Of a DNA stretch of 43,578 nucleotides, positions 32,152 to 40,473 are shown piece after piece. The notes below the pieces were generated by a model, which was not told where the DNA came from, did not search any database, and saw only the letters and a list, made by a program, of their open reading frames with translations. This DNA comes from a virus. The translations under genes and the position numbers were made by a program. The DNA lies in the IMG/VR virus record IMGVR_UViG_3300045996_001765, positions 1 to 43,578 of that record; one strand, given 5' to 3'. Position 1 is the first letter of the stretch, and each line of letters opens with the position of its first letter.

Positions 32152-32730
32152 ATGGGAACTCGTGGATTCGTCGGCTTCGTCGTCGACAACACCGAGAAGA
32201 TCGCCTACAACCATTGCGACTCCTACCCCGGCGGCCTCGGCACGGACGTGCTCGGCTGGCTGCGGAAGGCCCACCTCGGCGGCGCCGAGCGCCGGGCGCG
32301 CGAACTGCGGGTCGTGAACGAGTCGACCAAGCCCACCGCCGAGGACGTCGACCGGCTCCGCGGCTACACCAACGCCAACGTCGGATCGCAGCAGCTCGAC
32401 GACTGGTACGTCCTGCTGCGCCACACGATGGGCAACCCGGCCGCGATGCTCGACGCCGGCTACATCGAGGACGCCAGCGGCTTCCCTGCCGACTCGCTGT
32501 TCGCCGAGTGGGGATACGTCGTCGACTTCGACGCCAAGACCTTCGAGGTCTACGAGGGTTTCCAGCGCGCGGCGCACGACAAGGGCCGCTTCGCCGCGCG
32601 CTCGGACTCCGACGATTCCCGGCGCAACGGCTACTACCCGGTCGCGCTGATCGCGAGTTGGCCCCTCGACGCGCTGCCGGACGACGCGACCTTCGTCAAG
32701 ACGGTGGAGCCCGCCGACGCGGACGCCTGA
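32152..32730 (+). CDS. hypothetical protein
   Basis: ATG 32152 is preceded by aaagga. The product is 192 aa and globular. No family recognised. Confidence 0.65.
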   Translation: MGTRGFVGFVVDNTEKIAYNHCDSYPGGLGTDVLGWLRKAHLGGAERRARELRVVNESTKPTAEDVDRLRGYTNANVGSQQLDDWYVLLRHTMGNPAAMLDAGYIEDASGFPADSLFAEWGYVVDFDAKTFEVYEGFQRAAHDKGRFAARSDSDDSRRNGYYPVALIASWPLDALPDDATFVKTVEPADADA

Positions 32731-32808
32731 CCCCAGACAGAGAAGTAGGCGGCCCCGGATCGCTTGAGACGTGGACGAGGCCGCCCCGACAAGAAGTGAG
32801 GCTACCTG

Positions 32809-33054
32809 ATGAACCAGGACCTGCACGAATACGGCAAGACGAAGCTCACCGACGCCGAGTGGATGAAGCTCGCCGCGAAGCGGCACGGCGCGTACCTCCT
32901 GATCGTCGACGGGGAGGTCAAGGAGCAGGGCACCTGGTTGAAGATCCACGGCCAGTTCCTGCTGTCCACCCACGCCGGGGACCGGGTGAAGGTCGTCTCC
33001 CACACCGACTACGTCACCCGCCGCCTCGCCGAGTGCCTGGTGGTGGCGCTGTGA
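32809..33054 (+). CDS. hypothetical protein
   Basis: ATG 32809 is preceded by gtgagg, after a 78-nt gap. Confidence 0.6.
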   Translation: MNQDLHEYGKTKLTDAEWMKLAAKRHGAYLLIVDGEVKEQGTWLKIHGQFLLSTHAGDRVKVVSHTDYVTRRLAECLVVAL

Positions 33055-33212
33055 ACCCCGACCTCTCGCCGGCCCGCCTCGCCGAGATCCTCATCGGCGC
33101 CGGTGTGCAGGTGCAGGACGTGTTCCGCGTGCTCCGCAGGCGCGGCGTCCCCAACCCCATCTCCGTCACCATCGACGCCGCTCTGCGGGTCGAGCAGGGA
33201 GCTACGTCATGA
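33051..33212 (+). CDS. hypothetical protein (53 aa)
   Basis: GTG 33051 is in a GTGA overlap. It is the last 53 codons of a long spurious-looking track ORF. Confidence 0.45.
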   Translation: MNPDLSPARLAEILIGAGVQVQDVFRVLRRRGVPNPISVTIDAALRVEQGATS

Positions 33213-33556
33213 CCGAGCCCACGATCAGCCGCAAGCAGGCGTGGTGCAAGCTCGCCGTCCTCATCGCCGACGGGCTGCCGGAGCCGAGCGCGATCAGCTT
33301 TGGCGGCGGCGACCACAACCTCGTCACCGTCACCCTGGACTTCGCCGACGACCTGTTCACCTGGGCCGATCGGCTCGGCGTCACGCTGTCCGGGCCGACC
33401 TACTCGGCCGAGCCCGGGAAGTGGCTGAACAACGGCTACAACTGGGCCTGGCACGGGCACGCGCTGAGCCTTTGGTGCTCCAACGCCAGTTCGATGCGCC
33501 AGTCGGCACCGGTCGAGAGCATGGCCGCCGTGCGCGAGCTCGCAGGTGCGGCATGA
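33209..33556 (+). CDS. hypothetical protein
   Basis: ATG 33209 is in an ATGA overlap. Confidence 0.6.
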   Translation: MTEPTISRKQAWCKLAVLIADGLPEPSAISFGGGDHNLVTVTLDFADDLFTWADRLGVTLSGPTYSAEPGKWLNNGYNWAWHGHALSLWCSNASSMRQSAPVESMAAVRELAGAA

Positions 33557-33801
33557 CCGGCCCGCGCGTCATCCCCGGATCCGGAGTGCCGGAGGTGGAG
33601 CAGGAGGGTCGGTTCGTCGACCCCGCCGTCAGCCGCGAGCGGGAGTGGCAGATGACGCACACGCCGGACGCCCCCCAGCTCGCTGACGACCTCGCCGTCC
33701 TCCGTGGACTCGTCAAGGCGTACATCGACGACTGGCCGCAGCAGTCGAAGGCTCTCGACGCGCTCGTCCGAATCGAGAGCGCGATCCGGGGTGCCTCGTG
33801 A
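33553..33801 (+). CDS. hypothetical protein
   Basis: ATG 33553 is in an ATGA overlap. Confidence 0.55.
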   Translation: MTGPRVIPGSGVPEVEQEGRFVDPAVSREREWQMTHTPDAPQLADDLAVLRGLVKAYIDDWPQQSKALDALVRIESAIRGAS

Positions 33802-33902
33802 AGCGCCTCCTGCTGAACCTCGCCGTCGCCGTCGGCATCCTCGCCCTCGCTGCGGTCGTGCTCCTCGCCGCCGTCGGGCTCGCGGTGGTGATCGCCCGAT
33901 GA
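33798..33902 (+). CDS. small single-pass membrane peptide (34 aa; below the track threshold)
   Basis: GTG 33798 and the stop 33900-33902 both sit in 4-nt overlaps with neighbouring genes. The product is VKRLLLNLAVAVGILALAAVVLLAAVGLAVVIAR. Confidence 0.45.
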   Translation: MKRLLLNLAVAVGILALAAVVLLAAVGLAVVIAR

Positions 33903-34099
33903 GCGAGCCGAAGCTGCCGTGCTGGCTGAAGTGCCCCAGATGCGGCCACCAGGAATGGTGCAGCGAGGAAGACCCCGATGCCGGGCAGGGCGCCATGTGG
34001 AACCACCTCTACTGGGACCACGCGCTCGGCACCGTGGCGAATCCGCAGGCGCTCACCTTGGAGCTGCTGGCGAAGGTGACGGTGATCCCCGATGCCTGA
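33899..34099 (+). CDS. zinc-ribbon protein (66 aa)
   Basis: ATG 33899 is in an ATGA overlap. It contains CWLKCPRCGHQEWC. Confidence 0.55.
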   Translation: MSEPKLPCWLKCPRCGHQEWCSEEDPDAGQGAMWNHLYWDHALGTVANPQALTLELLAKVTVIPDA

Positions 34100-34382
34100 G
34101 ATCAACGGCCTGTACCCGACCCGGACCCGCCTGGCGCTGCTCAAGGCCATCCACGCCGGAGGTGGGGACGTCTACTGCGAGGCCAAGGTCGTCTACGCGA
34201 AGTCCCTGGGCCAGCGGGTCACGGAACGCGTGCGGGAGCAGATCCAGCACGGGTGGATCCGGGCCTTGGAGCCCGGTGAGGCGCGCGGCCGGGGCGAGGC
34301 GTCGGCGCCGGGAGTCACCTTCTATCGCTTGACCGACATCGGGGAGCGCGTGCTCGCCGACGACCGAGGCAGGCACGTATGA
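34092..34382 (+). CDS. hypothetical protein
   Basis: ATG 34092 overlaps the preceding gene by 8 nt. Confidence 0.55.
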   Translation: MPEINGLYPTRTRLALLKAIHAGGGDVYCEAKVVYAKSLGQRVTERVREQIQHGWIRALEPGEARGRGEASAPGVTFYRLTDIGERVLADDRGRHV

Positions 34383-34567
34383 GCGGCCCGGAGTTAGCAG
34401 CGACCGCCGAGCGGATGCGCAACGAGGCCGAGCTGGTCGAGCTGATCGGCAACGTCCTCGCCACCTCCACCTCCGTCGCCGACGCGGCCGGGAGCCTCTG
34501 CGCTGTCGCCGGCGCGAAGCGGACCGCTGCCGAACTCCTCGACGAGATGGCGAGGGAGCAGTCGTGA
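34379..34567 (+). CDS. hypothetical protein
   Basis: ATG 34379 is in an ATGA overlap. Confidence 0.5.
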   Translation: MSGPELAATAERMRNEAELVELIGNVLATSTSVADAAGSLCAVAGAKRTAAELLDEMAREQS

Positions 34568-34659
34568 ACGGCCTCACCCTCGCAGCCCTCGTCGCACTGA
34601 TCCTCATCGCCGCCGGGACGCGGCTCCACCACTCACCGAAGGGACCGAAACGCCGATGA
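34564..34659 (+). CDS. small single-pass membrane peptide (31 aa; below the track threshold)
   Basis: GTG 34564 (GTGA) and the stop 34657-34659 (ATGA with the next gene) are both in overlaps. The product is VNGLTLAALVALILIAAGTRLHHSPKGPKRR. Confidence 0.45.
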   Translation: MNGLTLAALVALILIAAGTRLHHSPKGPKRR

Positions 34660-34850
34660 GCGTCTACTTCGAGGCCACCGAAAACGGCCGTCTCGACTCG
34701 TCCGAGGTCTCCCGCTTCGGCGTCCGCAGGGCGTTGAAGCTCGCCAAGCGGCGCGAGGCCGAGGAGCGCAACGCCCGGACCCCGTACGAGCGGACCAAGC
34801 GGTCCCGCCGCGACCTGGCCGGGCTGTCGAAGCGAGTCGGCCGTGGCTGA
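34656..34850 (+). CDS. hypothetical basic protein
   Basis: ATG 34656 is in an ATGA overlap. Confidence 0.5.
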   Translation: MSVYFEATENGRLDSSEVSRFGVRRALKLAKRREAEERNARTPYERTKRSRRDLAGLSKRVGRG

Positions 34851-35184
34851 CTACCCCTTCACAGAGGACGGCGTACTGGCCGCCCTGAGAGCGCTCGGGT
34901 CGACGGTCGCGGACGTCCGGCAGAACCTCGGAGCGCTCGGGATCAAGGGTCGCACTGATGACGAGGGCCACTGCGTCGTCGCGAACTACCTGAAGGCCGC
35001 CGTCGGTGCCGAAGGCGCGTCCGTCTGGGACGTCGACTGCACGCTCACCCGGGACTACATCGTCGACGGCGAGGTCGGGATCGAGGACGTCATCGTCGAC
35101 ACCCCTGATCACGTCGGTGCGTTCGTGATCCGTTTCGACGCCGAGGACTACCCGGAACTCATCGAGGAGGGGAACCGTGGCTGA
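34843..35184 (+). CDS. hypothetical acidic protein
   Basis: GTG 34843 overlaps the upstream gene by 8 nt. Confidence 0.6.
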   Translation: MADYPFTEDGVLAALRALGSTVADVRQNLGALGIKGRTDDEGHCVVANYLKAAVGAEGASVWDVDCTLTRDYIVDGEVGIEDVIVDTPDHVGAFVIRFDAEDYPELIEEGNRG

Positions 35185-35539
35185 GGTCACGTTCGAGCCC
35201 GGCGCCGACCGGGGCGACGATGTCGCGACGATCCGGCTCACGCACTCCACGGAGATCTTCCGGTTCTGCGTCAACCTGCTCGACGACCAGATCCAGTTCC
35301 ACGAGGCCGGGCGCGCTCTGCTCGTCCCGCTGCGGGAGCACCTGACGCCGGAGCGGTTCGACCCGATGGCGAAGTCGCTGCTCGGCGAGGACCGGTACAA
35401 GCGGCTGGCCGAGTACTTCGAGCGGGACGCGTTCTGCTGCGCGTGCGAGAAGAACCTCACCGGCAACCGGAAGCGCCACCCGGCAGGCGGCCACCGTGCG
35501 GTCTGCTCGGCGTGCAAGAAGGCGGCCGACCGTGGCTGA
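35177..35539 (+). CDS. hypothetical protein with a C-terminal CxxC...CxxC
   Basis: GTG 35177. It contains CCACEK...CSACKK. Confidence 0.6.
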   Translation: MAEVTFEPGADRGDDVATIRLTHSTEIFRFCVNLLDDQIQFHEAGRALLVPLREHLTPERFDPMAKSLLGEDRYKRLAEYFERDAFCCACEKNLTGNRKRHPAGGHRAVCSACKKAADRG

Positions 35540-35993
35540 CCTCCTGATCACCCTCGGCATCCTCACCCTGCTCGGCGTGGGCGTGATCGTCGTCTACCGT
35601 GCCCGGACCAAGCAGGAGCGGCGCCGGAAGAAGGCGATCGCCGACGCGACCGGCCGGCACGCGCCGCTGCTGAACGCCGAAGAGCAGAAGCTCGCCGACG
35701 AGTGGCGTGCCGACGTCGAGAAGGTCCGCACCGGTGAGCTGCCCCGCATCACCGACGAGCCGAAGCGCCCGAAGGTGCTGGAGGTCGCCCGGCGGTATCG
35801 GCGCCCGGCGAAGCACTCAGCTCGGAGAGTCCCGCGCACCAGGGCACGCACCGACGACGCCCTCACCGGGCCGCTGCCGGCGCAGCTCGAACGACCCGTG
35901 ATGGTGCCCTCGACGCCGCCCGCGTGGCGTCTGGAGAGCTTCACCACCGACGTGTGGAAGGCCGCGCAGGTCGTCAGGGGGCGGGCGCGATGA
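35532..35993 (+). CDS. N-terminally anchored membrane protein
   Basis: GTG 35532. The TM helix is LLITLGILTLLGVGVIVVY, followed by a basic region. Confidence 0.55.
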   Translation: MADLLITLGILTLLGVGVIVVYRARTKQERRRKKAIADATGRHAPLLNAEEQKLADEWRADVEKVRTGELPRITDEPKRPKVLEVARRYRRPAKHSARRVPRTRARTDDALTGPLPAQLERPVMVPSTPPAWRLESFTTDVWKAAQVVRGRAR

Positions 35994-36172
35994 GCCTCGA
36001 CCAGTCCACCCCGTTCGACGCCGACTTCGTCGAGGTCACCCAACCCCTGCGGCCGTGGCTGCCAGCCGTCGACGTCGTCGGCGCTGACTGGTTCTTCCGC
36101 CCGTCCGGTGAGTTTCCTGTGCGCCGGGACCCGGCATTGATCATCGAAGAGGAGGGCAGCGATGTCCGCTGA
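35990..36172 (+). CDS. hypothetical protein (60 aa)
   Basis: ATG 35990 is in an ATGA overlap. Confidence 0.45.
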   Translation: MSLDQSTPFDADFVEVTQPLRPWLPAVDVVGADWFFRPSGEFPVRRDPALIIEEEGSDVR

Positions 36173-37157
36173 CGACCAGACCACCGCCCGCCTCGCCCAG
36201 GTCGGTGACGTGATCGAGCGCGGGCAGACCGTCGCGGCCAACGTCCGATCCTTCACGGACGAGGACGGAAGCCAGTGGTGGCGGAATTCGATCGGCCACT
36301 TCCACCTCGACCCCGACGACGACCCAGCGACATGCCGCGACAACTGCTTGCCGACAGCGCGATTCCCCGACGCCTATGGCCCGCTCAAGGTGGTCGAGGT
36401 CGACCCCGAGCCGCAGCCCGCCGTGGGCATGTGCGCGAGGTGCGGCGAGCGGCGCCCGGCCAACGGGACCGACGTGTGCTGGCGGTGCGAGCGGCTGAGC
36501 GCACTCGGCGAGGGCACGGCGACCGGCGACAACCAGCTCGCCCCGCCGCCGCAGACCGCCCGCGACCCCGGCACGTTCGCCGACTGTGTCCGCTGGCTGA
36601 TCGCCGCAGACCTCGGCCAGAATGCCGACCGTCGCATCGACCGCATGGCCGCGCAGCACCAGGAGTTGCAGGCCCGCTACGACACCGTGGTGTCCGACCG
36701 GGAGACCTTGCGTGCGTCGCTCAACCTGCGCAAGGAGCGGTGCCGCAAGGAGCACGGCATGACCACTGACGAGTCCGGCAGGAGCGTTCTGTGCCTGCCC
36801 GAGGTGCCGGAGGGTGCGGTAGCGCTGGTCGGCGGCGAGAGTGGCACGCGCTGGACAGCCGACGGTCAGTCGCGGCTCTGGTGGCGCAGCGAGTACGGCG
36901 TTGTCCGGCGGCTTCACGACGTCCTCGGCGCCGAGGGTGGCGTAACCGTCGAGTTCGCCCCGCCGCGCGAGCCGCGCACCTGGCCGAAGCTCGAAGAGAT
37001 CGCCGACTGGCCCGAGTTCGTCAATGTGACCGACTACGCCGGGGTGAGCCAGCGCTTCAACCTGTTCGCCGGGCGGTACCGCAGTGACGCGCGGCAGGGG
37101 TACTGGACGCTGCACGAACTGCGCCAGCTGGGCGACGTCACCGAGGCGACGCCGTGA
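36162..37157 (+). CDS. hypothetical protein with a central zinc ribbon
   Basis: ATG 36162. The product is 331 aa and contains CARCG...CWRC. Confidence 0.65.
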   Translation: MSADDQTTARLAQVGDVIERGQTVAANVRSFTDEDGSQWWRNSIGHFHLDPDDDPATCRDNCLPTARFPDAYGPLKVVEVDPEPQPAVGMCARCGERRPANGTDVCWRCERLSALGEGTATGDNQLAPPPQTARDPGTFADCVRWLIAADLGQNADRRIDRMAAQHQELQARYDTVVSDRETLRASLNLRKERCRKEHGMTTDESGRSVLCLPEVPEGAVALVGGESGTRWTADGQSRLWWRSEYGVVRRLHDVLGAEGGVTVEFAPPREPRTWPKLEEIADWPEFVNVTDYAGVSQRFNLFAGRYRSDARQGYWTLHELRQLGDVTEATP

Positions 37158-37414
37158 ACCTCCGTAGCTGGATCTCCCGGAAGCTCGACGGCATCCGCCC
37201 GTACGACGAAGCGTTCGCCGAAGCGCCGACCTACGAACGCGCGCGGCCACTGACCGAGGCGGGCCCCTTCGTCGTTGCCGGTTCTGACCTGGACTTCGGA
37301 CCGGCCCGCGTCAACCTGATCTTCGCCGTGCTGACCAACGGACTCGCCGACGACGCGAAGGCGTACGAGCGGGCGGTTGCGGGGCTCTACCTGGTGCCGG
37401 AGGTGGAGCGGTGA
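37154..37414 (+). CDS. hypothetical protein
   Basis: GTG 37154 is in a GTGA overlap. Confidence 0.55.
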   Translation: MNLRSWISRKLDGIRPYDEAFAEAPTYERARPLTEAGPFVVAGSDLDFGPARVNLIFAVLTNGLADDAKAYERAVAGLYLVPEVER

Positions 37415-37698
37415 GCGACGTCCGCTACACCTGCGACCACTGCGACCGCGCCGAGGACCGCCCGAAGGTCTCGGACAAGCTCGGCGGGGCGGATGCCTCG
37501 GCGCGCGTCGCTGGCTGGCGCATCGGCGCCACGCAGACCAAACCCCGCAACGTCATCTGCCCCGAGTGCGCGGGCACCGACGAGGACTACTGGGACCGGA
37601 TCACGCTCTCGATCGCGCACATGGCTGGGATCGACGCCGGCAACCCGCAGATCCTGCCCGGCACCCCGGCCGCGCTCCCGCCGGAGGTGTTCCAGTGA
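37411..37698 (+). CDS. zinc-ribbon protein
   Basis: GTG 37411 is in a GTGA overlap. It contains CDHC...CPEC. Confidence 0.6.
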   Translation: MSDVRYTCDHCDRAEDRPKVSDKLGGADASARVAGWRIGATQTKPRNVICPECAGTDEDYWDRITLSIAHMAGIDAGNPQILPGTPAALPPEVFQ

Positions 37699-37934
37699 AG
37701 GCCTGGTTCTCCCGCTTCCGCCGTCGCCGTGTCCACGCCGAAGCACAGATCGACTACCGGGACGGGCTGTTGGAGGCGAGGGCTGAGCGGATCGCCGAGC
37801 TGGAGCGCGCGAACGCCCGGCTGACCGCCGAGTTGGCGACGTACAAGACCCGGGACTTCATGCAGCAGGCGCTGCGACTGCGCCGGCGGCAGGCGGACTC
37901 CCCGACCGTGATCCTGCCGAGGAGGCACTGGTGA
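37695..37934 (+). CDS. hypothetical coiled-coil protein
   Basis: GTG 37695 is in a GTGA overlap. Confidence 0.5.
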   Translation: MKAWFSRFRRRRVHAEAQIDYRDGLLEARAERIAELERANARLTAELATYKTRDFMQQALRLRRRQADSPTVILPRRHW

Positions 37935-38446
37935 AGCAGGGCAAGCCGCTGCAGCGCAAGACACCGCTCGTGGCGAAGACGGGCCTGCGCCGGGTGACGC
38001 CGCTGCAGCAGCGCGCCGGCCGCGAGTCGCTCACCGCCCGGCAGGTTCCGCTGCAGCGCACCGCCATCGCCAGGAAGCCACCGAAGCCGAAGCTCACCCC
38101 GGAGCAGAAGCGGCCGCTCATCGAACGTTCGGGCGGCTGGTGCGAACTGCGCATCGAGGGTGTCTGCCTGGTCGTCGCGCACGACGTCGCACACCGCATC
38201 GGCGAGGGCATGGGCGGCCGCAAGGGCGCCGCCGCAGTGGAGAACGACCGGCTGTCGAACGTCCTCCATGCCTGCCGGGCATGCCACCGCCGCTGCCACG
38301 ACTACCCGGCGACAGCCCGGGGGCACGGCTGGATGCTCCGCAATGGCGACAACCCGCCGGCCGAGCCGGTCTTCTACTGCAACCGCTGGGTCGTCCTCGA
38401 CGACGACGGCGGCGTCACACCGCACCGAGGGGAAGAGGTCGCCTGA
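37931..38446 (+). CDS. HNH-type endonuclease (basic N-terminal tail, CE...C...H..H...N...C..CH core)
   Basis: GTG 37931 is in a GTGA overlap. It contains GWCELRIEGVC..AHDVAHR...NDRLSNVLHACRACHRRCH. Confidence 0.65.
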   Translation: MKQGKPLQRKTPLVAKTGLRRVTPLQQRAGRESLTARQVPLQRTAIARKPPKPKLTPEQKRPLIERSGGWCELRIEGVCLVVAHDVAHRIGEGMGGRKGAAAVENDRLSNVLHACRACHRRCHDYPATARGHGWMLRNGDNPPAEPVFYCNRWVVLDDDGGVTPHRGEEVA

Positions 38447-39144
38447 TGGCAAAAGCTAGAGCGTCACTGCTCGACTACGTGCTTGAGCGCATCGAGTTGG
38501 ACGACGGATGCTGGCCGTGGACCGGCGTAATCCTGGACACCGGCTACGGTCAGGCAAACCTCGAAGGTGGCCGCCGGCGGGCTATGGCCCACCGCGCCGT
38601 CTACGAGCTGGTTCGTGGCGAGATCCCGGCCGGGCTAGTCCTCGACCATGAGTGCCACAACCGGGACGACTCGTGCCGCCTGAACAGCGCCTGCCCGCAC
38701 CGGCGCTGCGTCAACCCCTGGCATCTCGCGCCCAAGACGGCTGGCGACAACTGTCGGGCCGGCCACACAGTGCTCGCCGAGAACCTCGCCAAAGAGGCAT
38801 GCCCGGCCGGCCATCCATACAGCCACACCGACGATCGTGGCTGGCGGAAGTGTGCCACCTGCATCTCCGAATCGGTGACAGCTCGGGCGCGTCAGCGCGG
38901 GGTCCGCCCAACCCGAGCCGGGTCACCCGAGTGCGTCCGCGGACACGTCTACACGCCGGAGACCACGCGGCTATCCCCGCAAGGCAAGCGGAACTGCCGG
39001 CTGTGCGATGCGGACAACCAGAAGGCGAGGCGGGCCCGTCTCGCGCCGCCGTGCAAGCGCTGCGGCGGGCCGAAGGAGCCCGGACGTGGCAAGCAGTACT
39101 GCGATGGGTGCGCGACGGTGGAGGTGCTCCGTGCGGTCCGGTAG
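38446..39144 (+). CDS. HNH endonuclease (HNH_3-like) with C-terminal Cys-rich repeats
   Basis: ATG 38446 shares one nt with the upstream TGA. It contains GCWPWTG...GYGQ...AHRAVYE...LDHECHN..C.NPWHL. Confidence 0.8.
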   Translation: MAKARASLLDYVLERIELDDGCWPWTGVILDTGYGQANLEGGRRRAMAHRAVYELVRGEIPAGLVLDHECHNRDDSCRLNSACPHRRCVNPWHLAPKTAGDNCRAGHTVLAENLAKEACPAGHPYSHTDDRGWRKCATCISESVTARARQRGVRPTRAGSPECVRGHVYTPETTRLSPQGKRNCRLCDADNQKARRARLAPPCKRCGGPKEPGRGKQYCDGCATVEVLRAVR

Positions 39145-39382
39145 CCAGTCCTACAACCCGAACCGGCCCCTCACGCAGCGGCAGGAGCAGGTACTGAAGG
39201 CCGTCAAGGACTTCATCGCCGTGAACGGCTACTCGCCGTCGACCCGGGACATCTCGAAGGCCGTCGGGCTCGCCGTCGGCGGTGTCTCCTACCAGCTGCG
39301 CGAGCTGGAGCTCGCTGGGCGGATCGCGATGACGCCGTCTGTCGCCCGGTCCATCCGAGTCTTGGAGCGCACCGATGCCTGA
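39131..39382 (+). CDS. LexA N-terminal DNA-binding-domain-only protein
   Basis: GTG 39131 is preceded by ggaggtg. LTQRQEQVLKAVKDFIAVNGYSPSTRDISKAVGLAVGGVSYQLRELELAGRIAMTPSVARSIRVL aligns by eye with E. coli LexA residues ~4-68. There is no S24 peptidase domain. Confidence 0.65.
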   Translation: MRSGSQSYNPNRPLTQRQEQVLKAVKDFIAVNGYSPSTRDISKAVGLAVGGVSYQLRELELAGRIAMTPSVARSIRVLERTDA

Positions 39383-39554
39383 ATCCGGTAGCTACGAAGT
39401 ACGCCCGCTCGACCACCCGGAGAAGGCGCGCGTCGTCACGATCCTCGACGAGGCCACCGCCGCGGCGATGGTCGCGTGGCTGACCCGGATGAACGAGTTG
39501 GAGGCGGAGAACCTGCACCTGAAGGACGTCATCGCCTACGGGCAGGTGGCGTGA
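39375..39554 (+). CDS. hypothetical protein (59 aa; below the track threshold)
   Basis: ATG 39375 overlaps the upstream gene. The stop 39552-39554 shares one nt with ATG 39554. Third positions are G/C-rich. Confidence 0.5.
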   Translation: MPESGSYEVRPLDHPEKARVVTILDEATAAAMVAWLTRMNELEAENLHLKDVIAYGQVA

Positions 39555-40261
39555 TGCGCCTGACGAGCACCGAACCGGTCCGGGAGCACCTCGACATGCT
39601 GCAGGCCGCCGGCCTCGGCACCCGGCGGGTCGCCGAGCTCGCCGGGCTGTCCCGATCCTGCGTCCTCCGCGTCCGCACCCTGTCCGGCATGTTTCCGTTC
39701 GCGGCGTCGAGGATCCTCGCGGTGCAGCCGCAGAACATCCTGCCCGTCAACATGGTCGACCCGACCGGCACCCGCCGGCGGTCGCATGCCCTCGTCGCTG
39801 CGGGATGGTCACTGCGGTCGCAGGCGCGGCACATCGGCGTGGCCGCGGACGTGGTCAGCGAGTCGCTCCGCCGGCCGCTGATCACGGCCGAGTCGGCGGA
39901 TCGGGCGAAACGCGCCTACGACGAGCTGTCGATGGTGACGCCCGCCCCGCAGCTCGCAGTCCGCCCAAAGGCCCTAGCGAGGCGACGACACTGGTTCCCG
40001 CCGCTGGCCTGGGACGACGAAACCATCGACGACCCGGACACCCTGCCGTGCATCATCCCGCCAGTCGAACCCGTCAGCAGGGACCTCGAGCTCCTCGTCC
40101 AGCACACCGCGGCCGGCCACCCGGTCGATGTGACACCGGAAGCCCGCCGGGAGATCGTCCGCCGACTGCCGGACGCACCCGCGGTCGAGGCGGCCCGGTT
40201 CGCGCAGTGCGCACTGACGTACGTGTACGCGATCCGCCGGGCTTTGGCGGCGTCGTGCTGA
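39554..40261 (+). CDS. HTH DNA-binding protein
   Basis: ATG 39554. The HTH is GTRRVAELAGLSRSCVLRV. The product is 235 aa. Confidence 0.6.
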   Translation: MRLTSTEPVREHLDMLQAAGLGTRRVAELAGLSRSCVLRVRTLSGMFPFAASRILAVQPQNILPVNMVDPTGTRRRSHALVAAGWSLRSQARHIGVAADVVSESLRRPLITAESADRAKRAYDELSMVTPAPQLAVRPKALARRRHWFPPLAWDDETIDDPDTLPCIIPPVEPVSRDLELLVQHTAAGHPVDVTPEARREIVRRLPDAPAVEAARFAQCALTYVYAIRRALAASC

Positions 40262-40473
40262 CCCCCGAGGAAGAAGACCAGCTGCTCCTCGACGCGATCG
40301 CGCTGGCGATGGAGACCCGCGAGGACATCACGGCCGCGCACCGGATCATCCGCTCCCTCGGCCGGCTCCAGCTGGAACAGATGTGCACCGCGCTGGCCCT
40401 GATGGTCGACCCGGACGTGCCGCTGCACGACATGGCGTGGTGGCGCAATCTCGCACCCCAGGAGACGTCATGA
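40255..40473 (+). CDS. hypothetical protein
   Basis: GTG 40255 overlaps the upstream gene by 7 nt. Confidence 0.5.
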   Translation: MLTPEEEDQLLLDAIALAMETREDITAAHRIIRSLGRLQLEQMCTALALMVDPDVPLHDMAWWRNLAPQETS

